A stretch of 64,000 nucleotides of DNA from an uncultured virus (IMG/VR IMGVR_UViG_3300001687_000011) (Duplodnaviria; Heunggongvirae; Uroviricota; Caudoviricetes): IMG/VR virus record IMGVR_UViG_3300001687_000011, one strand, 5' to 3'. The position numbers were made by a program, and so were the translations under genes. Within the stretch, counting starts at the first letter, position 1. Every line of letters starts with the position of its first letter. Positions 23,977 to 35,716 of this stretch are shown here, one piece after another. A model generated the notes under the pieces. The model made no database searches, was not told where the DNA came from, and saw nothing but the letters and a program-made list of their open reading frames with translations.

Positions 23977-24420
23977 TGCTTAAAAAATGTAATAAGTGGA
24001 ATATTTACTTTCTTAAAAAATATTGAAACCCAGGTAATAAAAAGACCATACATAATTAACAGAATACAAGACATAGCTACCAAAGATCCCAATATACAAT
24101 TATGTTCCAGGAGTACGGGGACTCCATTGTTCAAAATCAACAATCCCATAGCTACCAATAATGAAGCTTGAAAAAATATACCTATTCTATACAGTACATT
24201 TTTTAACATATGACCTCTCCTTAATCATAGTTTCCACAATACTTCAATTCATCTTCATATTCTGAGATAATATCATTGACAACTTCTTCTACTGAAGTGT
24301 TATCATCACAGTACACATAGACTCTATTATTAACCCACATGTTTTCTTGTTCACACTTTCTGAAACCAACCTTTTTTAATAGTTCTTTAGTATTCATATA
24401 CACTAACCCCCTTATTTACT

Positions 24421-24448
24421 ATATCGGCACATTGATAAAATTTCTTCA
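24421..24448 (-). promoter_or_regulatory. Repeated phage promoter motif, copy 6
   Basis: TGAAG-AAATTTTATCAATGT-GCCGATAT then AGTAAATAAGGGGG. Confidence 0.8.
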
Positions 24449-24449
24449 A

Positions 24450-25034
24450 TTAGAGAATATAATCTACCAAATTATATTTAAGACAAGTCTTGGCATTCCA
24501 CCAAAGATCATGGTTTAATAATCCATCTAATTCATTTTGTGGGACTTTGGTGTATTCACAATATATCTCCTTAAGACTCTTCATAAACATATCATAATTT
24601 TCTTTCACATCAACAATCTTACTATATGTTCCCAGGGCACCTCCACTTATCTGATGTATAAGGATATACCCATGTTCACCTATATACCTCTTCTTTCCTA
24701 TTACACTCAAGAAAGTAGCAGCACTGGCACAGGCCCCTTCAACATAAGTATAAATAGGAACTCTACACTTTAACAGAGAATCCATACCTGCCCATCCTGC
24801 TAATACTGATCCACCATAACTATGAATATGAAGTTTAATAGGTGGACTCTCATCACCATATTCACCTATAAGCTTTGCTTCTATACTGCTGACATTTTTT
24901 ATTAAATCTAAGATAGCAGTATTATTTATATCTGAGTAAAAATAAATATGATTATTAGTAGCTTCTATTTTTGAACCACTTGAATTATCATTATTCTCTG
25001 TATTAACAGAACCCCAATAAAAATCTGACATCAC
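24450..25034 (-). CDS. clpP: ClpP-like serine protease
   Basis: HIHSYGGSV, GACASAAT (catalytic Ser), ILIHQ (His), HDLWW. Confidence 0.85.
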   Translation of the reverse strand: MMSDFYWGSVNTENNDNSSGSKIEATNNHIYFYSDINNTAILDLIKNVSSIEAKLIGEYGDESPPIKLHIHSYGGSVLAGWAGMDSLLKCRVPIYTYVEGACASAATFLSVIGKKRYIGEHGYILIHQISGGALGTYSKIVDVKENYDMFMKSLKEIYCEYTKVPQNELDGLLNHDLWWNAKTCLKYNLVDYIL

Positions 25035-25564
25035 TAACCCCCCTTACTTCTCTTCTTCTTCCTCATATAATTTTCTAAGTTTGGCTAACAAAATTTCACT
25101 TTTACTTTCTACTACAAATGTTCCTGTAGCTAACTCATTAAAGGTTGTATTTGCCATCTTGACAGGTTTTCCACGGATCAATTCACTAATTTGAACATCA
25201 GCATATGGATCTCTTGTTCTAACTGTTTTAGCCCAATTATAGAGTGTATTTGCTATCCTCTTATTCAATCTATTGACATCTATAGACCACCAGTTTTTGT
25301 ACTCCCTAACTCTTATGAAACCTTTTCCTATAGCTCTTATCATAATGGCCTCTCGTGCTGCCCCTTCTGTACCCATCTTTTCCCCATATTTTTCATAAGT
25401 AGCCTGAATAGATTCTTTTGTTTCCCCAAATATTTTTGGATCATTTATAATTGCAGTTATATGAGTAATAGCACTAATCCCTTTCCCTGCTGGTGTAACC
25501 CAATAACCTTCCATCTTAACCTCCTTATTGCATAATAACATAATGATTGTTATTGTGCATTATA

Positions 25565-26029
25565 TTGTATTTCTCCTGCCAGACAGTTTATTTACTTATT
25601 AAAAGTATCCAGTATATTTACAATGATCTGAATCTATTGTTTTACCATTATCATTCATTAAATATAAACTACAATTTGCTGCTATAATAGATGTAATTAC
25701 TTCTTGTTTTTCATCTAAAATATCAATAAAAAATGCTTCAAAGTCATCAATATTATTATAATCTATATGAAATGGAATATGATATGATGATCTTGGAAAT
25801 TTCTTTCCTCTTTTTAGTTCAAAATCTGCATAATCTTTAAAACTTAATCTAAAATAATTTACTCCATTTGCTTCTATTAAATTGAATCTTCTTGGTACTA
25901 TATTACCAAGACAATCATCAGGATCATTATTACCTGATATTCCTTCATCATTTAAAAATTGTTGTAACTTTATAAACATATCTATCTAACCTACCTATCT
26001 ATCTATCTTACCTGGCAGGAGAATTTCAA
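25565..26029. repeat. 18-bp imperfect (12-bp perfect) inverted repeat bracketing one gene
   Basis: 25565-25582 ttgtatttctcctgccag versus 26012-26029 ctggcaggagaatttcaa (16/18 complementary); (TCTA)n-like run at 25981-26008. Confidence 0.75.
25599..25979 (-). CDS. Hypothetical protein inside the inverted repeat
   Basis: 126-aa ORF, visibly more AT-rich than its flanks; ends YLMNDNGKTID. Confidence 0.7.
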   Translation of the reverse strand: MFIKLQQFLNDEGISGNNDPDDCLGNIVPRRFNLIEANGVNYFRLSFKDYADFELKRGKKFPRSSYHIPFHIDYNNIDDFEAFFIDILDEKQEVITSIIAANCSLYLMNDNGKTIDSDHCKYTGYF

Positions 26030-26033
26030 CTAA

Positions 26034-28373
26034 TTAACCACCACAAGCTGTGAAACCACAATTATTACAGTATCCACAACCCCCACTCTCAACATAATTT
26101 CTCGTATTGCACTGAGGGCACACTTCCAATGTTGGAGCAGTCTTATATTGGTTCCTATGTCTTAAAATTTTAATCAATGCCTTAGCAATGGCATCTGGGC
26201 CAGAGTGAACAATCCAGCCATTTCTCATGGTACACTTATCACCACGATTATCTTTTAAGGCATCGATAATCTTTTCAATCTTTGTTCCATCCTGTAAAGC
26301 TATTGAGATCAATCTTCCAATAGCTTCAGTCCAGGATTTATCATCAGATCCACTTTTCCCAGCATTAATGAATACTTCTATAGGAGTGTCATTTACTGTA
26401 TTCAATGTCAAGTACCACTTTGGATCGAAGGGTATTCTGATAGTATCACCCGAAACAATCATCCCATCGAGTTTAATATCATCCTTTAAAACCTCATCCA
26501 TAGTTTTGAGAATACTGTCTTTAGATCCTTGTCTATAGATAGTAATTCCCTTACATCCACTCTTATATGCAGAGATATAAATTTCTCTAATGAGTTTAGG
26601 GGTTGTATCCCTGGGTAAATTAATGGTACTACTTATACTCCCATCTGTATATTTCTGGGCAATTCCTTGAACCTTAACACGGAAATCTGGTTTTATCTGG
26701 TGAGCAGTTTTTATATATTCCACTTTTCCATATGTTTCACTATCTAATAGTTTAAGATCAATAAGATCATCAATTAACCAGTGTTTTACATATTGAGGTT
26801 CCTCAATAGTCTTTACCTTTCTGACATACTCAGTAGCATATATAGGTTCTATACCTGTAGAGCATCCAAGGATTTGAGATGTAGTCCCAGTGGGGGCAAC
26901 TGTAGAAAGTTGACCATTTCTTAAAGCTTTAACTTCTGTCAATAACTCCACGACTTCTGGATTAGTCTCTTTCATTTTCTTTAAATGACCATATTCCATA
27001 GCTACTTCATAATCAAATGCAGGATAACTCCCAAGAACTTTACCCATATATACAGAAGCTTCATAACTGGCTTTTTCTTTACACTTCATAATTTCTTCGA
27101 TAAATAATAAAGATTCTTCCGAGTCATATTTGATTCTGGACAATACTAAAGCATCTCCCAGTCCTGTGATCCCCACTCCAATAAGACGTAAATCTCTTGC
27201 TACTTCCCATTGTTGTTCCAGTGGATATAATTGATCTTCAATAGCTATACTGTTAAGGGTATCTAAGAAGACCACAACCAGTTTTGTTGTAAAAACAAAC
27301 TCATCAAAGTTGAATTTACCAGTAACGGGGTCTACAAACTTCATGAGATTTATAGAAGCTAAATTACAGGCCCCATAGGATGGTAAAGGTTCTTCGGCAC
27401 AAGGATTAACATTTTGTAACTTATGTTGAGTATAACCATAAGGACAATCTTCATTCATTACATTCCAAAATATAACACCTGGGCATCCTACTTTACAAGC
27501 ACACTCTGAAGCAACATCTATTATTTTTCTTGCTTTAACCGTTTTATAGACTACTTTTTCTCTTACAGTATTATCAGCTAATACCTTAAAAGTTTTAGCA
27601 TTTGGATAGTTATAACAATCTGCAATTGTGGGAACTTCAACTTCTATCTTTCGCCTTTTGTCTTCTATAATATGTGGATACCACAATTCCCAATCTTCGT
27701 CATTTTCAACAGCTTTAAAAAACTCATCATTAGTCTTTAGAGACAGGTTCATGTTCTCTAAACTTACATTGTCTTTCTTAGACTCCATAAACTCTATAAT
27801 ATCTGGATGTTGACAATTCATTGCCAATAGTAAGGCCCCACGTCTACCTTTTTGCCCTATAACACCAGTCACAGAATCATATATAGGCATGAAACTTGCT
27901 GCACCAGTGGAAGAAATGGCAGCATTGAGGACAGAAGATCCTCTGGGTCTAAGGGATGAAATATCTCCCCCACAACCCCCTCCCCAGGAATAGGTTAAGG
28001 CCATATCCAAAGCTGCCTTAAAGATCCCTGGAAGACTGTCTTCCAATATAGGAATGACATAACAATTCATGGGAGTCAGTTTATGTTTCTTATCCTCTGA
28101 CATCCGAATAGAGAAATAAGAGATAACTCTTCCCCCAGGTAAAAATTTACCAGCCATCATTTGATTATAGAATACTTCTTCAAATGATGGATTATCTTTC
28201 AAAAACTCTGTTATTTGTAATTCTTTAGGCACTCTCTTTCCAACTTCTCGTGATATGTGCCTAATAACTTTTTCTACATTACCTGACTTTCCATACTTTT
28301 TATTCCAAACACCTAACCTAAAATTGTCTTGTCTAATGACAGACAAATCTGTATTTATAACTCTCATCAACAC
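26034..28373 (-). CDS. nrdJ: Class II (adenosylcobalamin-dependent) ribonucleotide reductase
   Basis: FLPGGR, NCYV, RRGA, NPCAEEPL, CNLASINL, TVAPTGT, GCKGITIYR; C-terminal TSCPD-like region and CPQC...CNNCG zinc ribbon. Confidence 0.9.
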   Translation of the reverse strand: MLMRVINTDLSVIRQDNFRLGVWNKKYGKSGNVEKVIRHISREVGKRVPKELQITEFLKDNPSFEEVFYNQMMAGKFLPGGRVISYFSIRMSEDKKHKLTPMNCYVIPILEDSLPGIFKAALDMALTYSWGGGCGGDISSLRPRGSSVLNAAISSTGAASFMPIYDSVTGVIGQKGRRGALLLAMNCQHPDIIEFMESKKDNVSLENMNLSLKTNDEFFKAVENDEDWELWYPHIIEDKRRKIEVEVPTIADCYNYPNAKTFKVLADNTVREKVVYKTVKARKIIDVASECACKVGCPGVIFWNVMNEDCPYGYTQHKLQNVNPCAEEPLPSYGACNLASINLMKFVDPVTGKFNFDEFVFTTKLVVVFLDTLNSIAIEDQLYPLEQQWEVARDLRLIGVGITGLGDALVLSRIKYDSEESLLFIEEIMKCKEKASYEASVYMGKVLGSYPAFDYEVAMEYGHLKKMKETNPEVVELLTEVKALRNGQLSTVAPTGTTSQILGCSTGIEPIYATEYVRKVKTIEEPQYVKHWLIDDLIDLKLLDSETYGKVEYIKTAHQIKPDFRVKVQGIAQKYTDGSISSTINLPRDTTPKLIREIYISAYKSGCKGITIYRQGSKDSILKTMDEVLKDDIKLDGMIVSGDTIRIPFDPKWYLTLNTVNDTPIEVFINAGKSGSDDKSWTEAIGRLISIALQDGTKIEKIIDALKDNRGDKCTMRNGWIVHSGPDAIAKALIKILRHRNQYKTAPTLEVCPQCNTRNYVESGGCGYCNNCGFTACGG

Positions 28374-28375
28374 AC

Positions 28376-29062
28376 CTAACCTTTAGCATTCAAACAAAAT
28401 TCTCTATATTTGCACTCCTTACACTTTTCTGTATCCCTAAATACTTCTGGGATATAACATGGTAATTTAGTTTTGAGTATTATATAAGCTTTCATCCTGA
28501 GAAATCCAGCATATTCATCATCATAGGCTATTTCTCTACACCAGAATTCACTATCATTCTTATTATAAAATACTACCATTGCTGTAGGTAGTTGTGAATA
28601 ATACATATATGTTTGAACCTGTGCATAATACCCCTTGAAGGTCTCTTTAAAATCCTCTATATATCTGAATCTCTCAAATCGTTCCTTATTAGCTGACTTT
28701 ATTTCCAGGACATGTGAGTTTTCCCATAACCCATCCCAATGACCTCTATAATTACCATCAAAGTCTTGAAAACCTCTTTGCCTGTCAGTTACCGAACCAC
28801 CACCTTTCTTTATAAAAGCTACAACTTCTTCCTCTATAATATCCCCCATCCTAAAAATTCTCTTTTGTTTAGGGGTAAGAGGATCTTCTTTCCACCATAA
28901 CGGTTTATGATATCTAAGCCAAGTATCACATGCATCAAAACCAATCCCACTCATACCTAAATAGGCACCTCTTTTGGGTTTCTGTATTTCAATACGAATC
29001 CTATATAACTTTTCTGATCCCTGTTCAAGCTGACTTAACATTCTCATTTCTGCAAATTTCAT
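28376..29062 (-). CDS. Cas4-like / PD-(D/E)XK exonuclease, stand-alone
   Basis: N-terminal Cys, GHWDG, LEIKS, QVQTY, C-terminal CKECKYREFC (Fe-S ligands). Confidence 0.8.
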   Translation of the reverse strand: MKFAEMRMLSQLEQGSEKLYRIRIEIQKPKRGAYLGMSGIGFDACDTWLRYHKPLWWKEDPLTPKQKRIFRMGDIIEEEVVAFIKKGGGSVTDRQRGFQDFDGNYRGHWDGLWENSHVLEIKSANKERFERFRYIEDFKETFKGYYAQVQTYMYYSQLPTAMVVFYNKNDSEFWCREIAYDDEYAGFLRMKAYIILKTKLPCYIPEVFRDTEKCKECKYREFCLNAKG

Positions 29063-29474
29063 CCCTAACCTCTACTATACAATGTTCTTCAGATAATATT
29101 TTGTATTTACCCTCCGTACATTTCGTCTAACATGGATTTACAGTGATCAGACACTATTTGTTCTAACTCTTCAGGAGAAATTATCTCTTCCGCATAATTA
29201 GATTTATTACATCTATCCACTGACTTTTGAAGTAAATTAAAAGCAACTTGATTCTTGAAACTACTATCACCATGTATTGCAGCAACTTTAAATCCCTCAT
29301 CTACATCAAAATGGACTATAGTAAATCCGTAGTCTACTTCATAACAGTTCAAGTCATCTTCCAAAATAGAGATTTTTTTCTCCAATTCATCAAGTTCTTT
29401 TTCCTTGTTTCTATAAATTACCATCAGTTCTTCTAACTTCTTTTTGGCTTTTACTACTGTATCTACCTTCATAC

Positions 29475-30107
29475 TTAACCTCCAATATCAAAAGGTACTA
29501 TTAGGTTTGCATATCTCTTACTTTGAACAACACAATTGTATTCTTTCTCAAGTACATACTGTCTAAATTCATCATCAGGATTTTCCTTGGCTCTTTCTTT
29601 TCTGAACTCATAAGTATCTGAGATATTACCATCCAGATATATTCCAAAATCTTTTCCTTCAAGATAGTTAGCATACAGTCCTTCTACAAGGATTATATCT
29701 ATATTTTTTGTAAGACAGATAGTATACTCAATACTATCAAGATATCGATGGATTCTTTGAATATATAATTTCTTTTCATTAGATTTGAAATTATTTATTA
29801 TTCTATTCAGTTTTTTCCAATCAATCTCTTCCTTGCCAATTATCCCAGTCTCTCTTCGTACTTCATTTCTGCTGTGAAAATCGGATCTATAGTAATCATC
29901 TAAATGAATGATTTTTGCTCTTATCCTATAGCGTTCAAATAACCACCTTTGTAATAGAGCAGTAACTTCAGTTTTTCCAGTACCACTAACCCCACTCACT
30001 ACTACTACAAGTTTAGTTCCCTTATAAAATATACCTACAATCTCTGGGAGGATAAACTCGGCTTTCTTTATATGGACTTCTCCAATATTGACAATATCCC
30101 CAATCAT
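29475..30107 (-). CDS. Uridine-kinase-like P-loop kinase
   Basis: GVSGTGKT, IHLDDYY, LVEGLYA. Confidence 0.75.
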   Translation of the reverse strand: MIGDIVNIGEVHIKKAEFILPEIVGIFYKGTKLVVVVSGVSGTGKTEVTALLQRWLFERYRIRAKIIHLDDYYRSDFHSRNEVRRETGIIGKEEIDWKKLNRIINNFKSNEKKLYIQRIHRYLDSIEYTICLTKNIDIILVEGLYANYLEGKDFGIYLDGNISDTYEFRKERAKENPDDEFRQYVLEKEYNCVVQSKRYANLIVPFDIGG

Positions 30108-32132
30108 TCATAACCCCTATTCTTCAACCTAAAGATCTATAATTTCATAAATATCCTCTACTTGATCATATCGTCTCTCAAACTTGGCTCCACACTCTGG
30201 ACATTCTACTATTCCCGATCCTTCTATCTCTGATTCAAAAAATTCTCCACAAGAACAATTTATATATAACCTGGTCTTAAATAATTTCTTGGTTAATTCT
30301 TGAGTAAATGTAGCTATATCTGCCTTAACTAACTCTATCCCCTTCTTTACTCCATCTAAAAGAAGATTTACTCCTATAGTTCCATATTTCTTTTTCATTG
30401 ATAACATTACAGATTTCCCGAATTCTTCAATGGTTTCAAGATATAGACCTGTTTCTACAGCTTCAAGAGTTTTTTGTAAGTTATCTTTTCTTCTTTTCTT
30501 TTCTTCTTCAATAAAATCACCAGGAGAATAATCTGGAAGATCTCTTGGAGTTCGACACATTTTGTTTTTAAATGGATCACTCATCTTAATTTTACCCCCA
30601 ATGGTTTACCATCACAATAAACCTCTTCGATACTTGTGATTAATGACTGGATTAATTTATCTACATAAATTCCATCGGATGTATTATATATATTTCCATT
30701 TTGAGATTTCATAGTTTCTACTTCTTCAGGTTGTAAGGGTCTACATATTTTATAAACTATAACATCCTTATCATATCTCCAATACTCTCTAAATTCTGCC
30801 TCTGAACGTACCTCATAGTTAGAAGTTATATGAATAATCCCATCCCTAAGAAGATCATACAACTCCCCAGAAATATTTACTGTAATATAATCCTCATCTA
30901 ATACAACATTATATTTATCCTGACCTTGTGTAAACTTGTAGATACTTATAGCTAATTTCTTTATTTCTTCATCTTGATAAGTATTAGTAAGTATAGGTTT
31001 CAAGAAACCAAAAATTTCATAGACAGTATCAAAATGTTTGTTATTTAAAGCACCTAAACCATAATGTTCCCCCAGGAAAAATAATTCATTCCTTTTCAAT
31101 AAATAATAACTCATATTTTTCTCTCCATAATTTTCCATCCAGGTTTTCTCATATAGAATATGTAATAAATAATATACCAGACAATAGATAACCAACTTCC
31201 AAAAATAATAAAATAGATTATCTTCAAACCGAATTTTATAACAAAATGGTATATAAACTTAATAAATGAATCTCTACTCAGGAAAAAAAGTAGTATTACA
31301 ATTCCTGCAAGATACAACCTAATCATCTTCTATATCCAACATGGATATAGTTTTTAAAAATTTTTCTGCTTTTTCCAGATACTCTTCAGCAAGACATCTC
31401 ATACAAGAAGTGTTTTCTCCAACACAATCTCCCCAATGAGGTTGATCTGTTAAAACTTCATCAAGATAGGTTTTCCACTCATCATATGTTCTCTCTATAG
31501 TTTCTTTTTGATAAAAATCATGTATATGACTTTTCCATACAAGGAATTCTTTCTTACCCTTTTCAGCATACTCAAAATCGAGACCTTCTTCAATATTGGT
31601 CTCATAAAAATAGATTAAAAAGGCTATCATTTGTGTTAAGTCATCAATCTTCATAATTTTACCTCTGTAGCAGTATAAATTATGTCAGTATAAGCTGAAA
31701 TTTCAAATTCGTGGACTTTTCCATAAGCATCTTCTACTATAACAGTAATATTATCTCCATTTACTATTGTGTAATCTCCACTATCCCACTCCTTAGCATA
31801 TTTCTCAGCAGCTTCTTCAGCACTTAGGGCATATATCTCCTTGTGATATTCTGGATAGTCTTCTTCCAGAGATACCTTCCATATAGGAGCACATCTATGG
31901 GGGGCATGGGAACTTTGATACCCCATTGCATACCAATCTATTTCTCCACATTTTGGACAATATATCATACTATTTCTCCTCAATTGGAATACATTTTAAT
32001 GATAGGAATTCCCCACTTTGTTTATCATAACAAGCCATAGTGTCACAAGTTCCCATCATTAAATGTGGTTTATGATGTGGACAACTATTTTTTTCACAGG
32101 TCTTTGCTTTCTCACAGGCAACCTTCTTATTT

Positions 32133-32561
32133 TTATCCACCTATATCTCCCTCTAACAATTGGTTAAGTTTTTCTTTAGCATAGTCAATCTTTTCATCCA
32201 ACTTCTCAAGTTTACGTTTAAGATATTCATTACTTGGATCGACCATTAGGTCTTCCTGTATTCTATCCTTTTGCTCTATAAGAGCATCTATTTTTAGGTT
32301 CCAATACCTTAAGTCCTGTTGTTCTATCAACTGTTGTTGTTGCTGCTGAAACTGTTCCAGGGATTGAACAACATCCTCTTCCAGTTCCATCTGGTCATCT
32401 TTAATTTCAGATCTGACAGCTTCCACTTGGGTTGTTATTTTACTTTCCACCCTACTATCAATCTGGGTAAATAAACCAAATGCAGCACCTATAAAAACTA
32501 AAACAGCAGTTGCAACACTAAGTTTAGTCTTGGTTTCTTTTTTCACGTTCATAGTCCTCAT
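32133..32561 (-). CDS. Membrane-anchored coiled-coil protein
   Basis: One N-terminal TM segment (LSVATAVLVFIGAAFGLF) followed by a long Q/E-rich coiled coil. Confidence 0.5.
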   Translation of the reverse strand: MRTMNVKKETKTKLSVATAVLVFIGAAFGLFTQIDSRVESKITTQVEAVRSEIKDDQMELEEDVVQSLEQFQQQQQQLIEQQDLRYWNLKIDALIEQKDRIQEDLMVDPSNEYLKRKLEKLDEKIDYAKEKLNQLLEGDIGG

Positions 32562-32732
32562 TTAATTTTCTAAGAAGATAATAGTTATATTCTGCATTGA
32601 GTATAGGTTCTATAACCCCACTGATTTCTACCAGTCTATTAAACACATCCCTATCTATTATAACATGGTTTTCATCTATACTTTTGTCCTCTTCCATACA
32701 AGGATGATCATGTATAACAAATTTCCTGGGTT

Positions 32733-33125
32733 TTACTCTATCCATACCCTAACCTCCTCATAAAGCTTTGCTTGTATAATGTCATAGACAATACTTCTAT
32801 GACATATATTATAATCTGTACACCAACAAAGCAAAGCTAACCTGTCTTGATATTTTATCATCTGTCTAACTTCATCAGTTACATTAACAATCCTGTTTGG
32901 GGTGAGATATCTTACTTCATACTCTTCCCAAGTTATATTCCCCTCTTTAAATGGTTTTACCATAGTTTCATAGTCAGGGATAGCCGATTGCATTCTATAA
33001 AGATCCGAAGGTACTTGGGGTACAGTATAACTTATGGATATAGGAGTATATCCTTGATATCCCCATCTTGGAAATTTAGCATAACTTGTAAGTATAATTG
33101 TAGGATTATCTTTATAGCTAATCAT
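32733..33125 (-). CDS. DUF488-like protein
   Basis: TSY...ISIS...WEEYEVRY...LALLCW....CHRS. Confidence 0.65.
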   Translation of the reverse strand: MISYKDNPTIILTSYAKFPRWGYQGYTPISISYTVPQVPSDLYRMQSAIPDYETMVKPFKEGNITWEEYEVRYLTPNRIVNVTDEVRQMIKYQDRLALLCWCTDYNICHRSIVYDIIQAKLYEEVRVWIE

Positions 33126-33257
33126 CTGTTACTCCCCCATTACTTGTTGTCTCTCTTCACAGTTTTCCAGATGTTCTTTTAACTCTTCATACTTAAGGAT
33201 AGCCTTACAGAAAGGACATCGGTATTCAACTTGTTTCTTTGTCAGTGGTCTCACCTC

Positions 33258-34004
33258 CTAATAATCTTCGTCATCCCCCAGGAAATCACTATAATATCTA
33301 CTAACCTGGGCATTAAGTTTGTCAATAATTTCACTAAAATTATATTCTGTTTGTTTCAAGATAACATCATCAACTTTTTCCCCATTTTGATCGAAAAAAT
33401 CTTGTAGTATCATTGTATCAATACCCATAAGATGATGTTGGAGATCAGCATGATTCTCTATCTTTAGATTATTTACAGCTAATCCCAATTTTACCATTTC
33501 CATCCCAGTGATCCGATATCCCTTCTTTAGATATTTTCTAATCCTCAACATTGTATTGAGAGGATATTCTGTTTCCAGGTTTATTACCAACCTTTTACTG
33601 GAATTATCCCTGAAGAATCTTTCACCAAAAATAAATTCACTATGAGAAACATCATAAGCTCCCATACATACAGTAAAATCAAATTTACCAAATATGTCAT
33701 TGACATCTTTAAAGATAAAAACTCTGATTAATTGTATCCGAGTTTTATTCTTCTTACGAAAGAAGCTGTAAGCATTTGATGTCATGGACATATCTTTATA
33801 TTCTTTTTTCAAGCCTGACAAATAATGATAGACAGTTTGTAGATCTTCTTCACTCTTGAAGAATATATCATAGTCGTTTATTTTGTCACCAGTAAAAACA
33901 CTTCTTATGGCCCCTCCAACTATCATGGCCCCATTTTCTTTCAAAACCTCAACAAGTTTATCATCAAGATCTCTTAACAACAAAAATTTCTCATACTCGT
34001 ACAT
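33258..34004 (-). CDS. Nucleotidyltransferase (CCA-adding/poly(A) polymerase head-domain-like)
   Basis: VGGAIRS...NDYDIFF, FDFTVC, RIRKY; likely start MYEYE. Confidence 0.75.
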   Translation of the reverse strand: MYEYEKFLLLRDLDDKLVEVLKENGAMIVGGAIRSVFTGDKINDYDIFFKSEEDLQTVYHYLSGLKKEYKDMSMTSNAYSFFRKKNKTRIQLIRVFIFKDVNDIFGKFDFTVCMGAYDVSHSEFIFGERFFRDNSSKRLVINLETEYPLNTMLRIRKYLKKGYRITGMEMVKLGLAVNNLKIENHADLQHHLMGIDTMILQDFFDQNGEKVDDVILKQTEYNFSEIIDKLNAQVSRYYSDFLGDDEDY

Positions 34005-34130
34005 ATTTTCTCCTTCAGACTTCGTTATAGCCATTCTGAGACACCTAATCTTAAATATACCCTATGATATCTTATTTGACATATGGGCTATTCTACCCCT
34101 ATTTCCTGTCACAGGAGGTGCCTTATTTTT

Positions 34131-34721
34131 TCACCCCCAGGGTTTTTGTTCTGAGAGATAAAAAGTCATATCTTTATCATATGCTTTAAGTATACTACTC
34201 ACAATTAAGTTTATCCCAACATTATCCCCTGCTATTGTCATATACCTTACCTCATACTTAACAAACATATCTTGGATATCTTGATCAACCATTACACATT
34301 GACTTAGATCTTTTTGATATCTACCTACCGAATAGTAGGGCTTAGTAAGATCTCTCACAATGAAATAGTTTAAGTTTCTGAATTGATTATTGATTTTCAG
34401 GATATATTGTTCTTCTTCTGGAAATAGAGTTTCTTTCCTATAAGCAAGATTAAGAAGAAGTGGAGAATCAGTGACCACAATCTCAGGTCTATGATTCTCT
34501 TTAAACTGGGTTCTAAAGATTCTGTGATATTGCTTTCCTAATAAATAACATCTGTTTGCAAATACAGCTTCCCTTTCCTCATAAGCTGCATCACGAGCAT
34601 ATTCTGTAATATATTCACAATTGATATCATGAAGTTTTAATAAACAGCAGATACCAGAGGCCACCATTGTCTTTCCACAAGATGGGCCAGCAAATAAATT
34701 TATGACTAACGGTTTACTCAT
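34131..34721 (-). CDS. NadR/Ttd14-type (AAA_28) P-loop kinase
   Basis: AGPSCGKT, TEYAR, VTDSPLLL, GRYQ. Confidence 0.7.
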   Translation of the reverse strand: MSKPLVINLFAGPSCGKTMVASGICCLLKLHDINCEYITEYARDAAYEEREAVFANRCYLLGKQYHRIFRTQFKENHRPEIVVTDSPLLLNLAYRKETLFPEEEQYILKINNQFRNLNYFIVRDLTKPYYSVGRYQKDLSQCVMVDQDIQDMFVKYEVRYMTIAGDNVGINLIVSSILKAYDKDMTFYLSEQKPWG

Positions 34722-35436
34722 AATGTAGTTTTTTCCTCCTCTCTTTTTTAACCTGTTCTATCAGTTTTTTCCTATCCTCTGATAGATTAAGGTTAGCCAC
34801 TAAATAATCATCTAACACCCTTACAGCAGGATACCACACAGTACCCTTTTGTACTTTTGCCAATAGTTCCTCTGGGATCTCTTCTCCACTCAAGTAGTAA
34901 TCATAGAATTTTGGAATATCTATTATTGATCCACACCACATTCTCTCTACAGGTTCCCCAATAGGTTCAACACGTATGATAATCCCATTTCCATATACCA
35001 GTTGAAATCTTACAGCTTCGATCTCCTCTTTAAAACAGGCAATTCCAAGAGATCTATCAGGAGCTTTCACTATTGACCCCTTAACACTGTAATCAAGATA
35101 AAATCCATCAGTAAGAATACATGCACTTCCACCAAAAGGATTAATAACCTTATATGTTTCATTATCCATTGGCTGGTCTACTTATTACTTCAATAATATT
35201 ATGTAGTTTTTGTTCAAGTTTATCAATTCTATTAGCTGCCCATTGTAACTTATCCGATATGTCATTAGCCACCTCTTCAGGTACTTCTATGTAAATAGCG
35301 TTAGCAGCTTTCCTTAGATCGTTGGTTGTCATTTATATCACCTCCCACCAGTGTATATCACGATTTATAGTAGCTTTATACTCTTCCTCAAATACATTGA
35401 ATTCTATCTCTTTATTAGGAAACAACCAATGTGTTT

Positions 35437-35715
35437 TCATTCTTTTATTTCCTTTACAGCTTTATCTTTGTTGTCACTTTTCCCAGTGGACTCCTCTTTT
35501 GATTTTTTCTCCGATTCTATACCTTCTTTCCTGGACTTAGAGGGATGATCTGATATATACCAACCTTCTCCCTTCAGAATAAATGAGGGAGCAGAAATTA
35601 ATTTCTTCATAATAGATCCACACTCTTCACAAATGATCTCAGGATTCTCACTCATCTTATGTCTTATTTCTTTTATTATATGGCACTTCTCACATGCATA
35701 ATCATAAGTTGGAAT
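35437..35715 (-). CDS. FmdB-family zinc-ribbon protein, probable AUU start
   Basis: PTYDYACEKC...CEECG...FILKGEGWY; SD AGGGTGA 5 nt before ATT. Confidence 0.8.
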   Translation of the reverse strand: MPTYDYACEKCHIIKEIRHKMSENPEIICEECGSIMKKLISAPSFILKGEGWYISDHPSKSRKEGIESEKKSKEESTGKSDNKDKAVKEIKE

Positions 35716-35716
35716 T

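Noticed and set aside
28376..29062. CRISPR-Cas locus suggested by the Cas4-like gene
   Set aside because: No cas1/cas2 or effector genes and no repeat-spacer array seen; the 11 repeated motifs are kilobases apart and promoter-like
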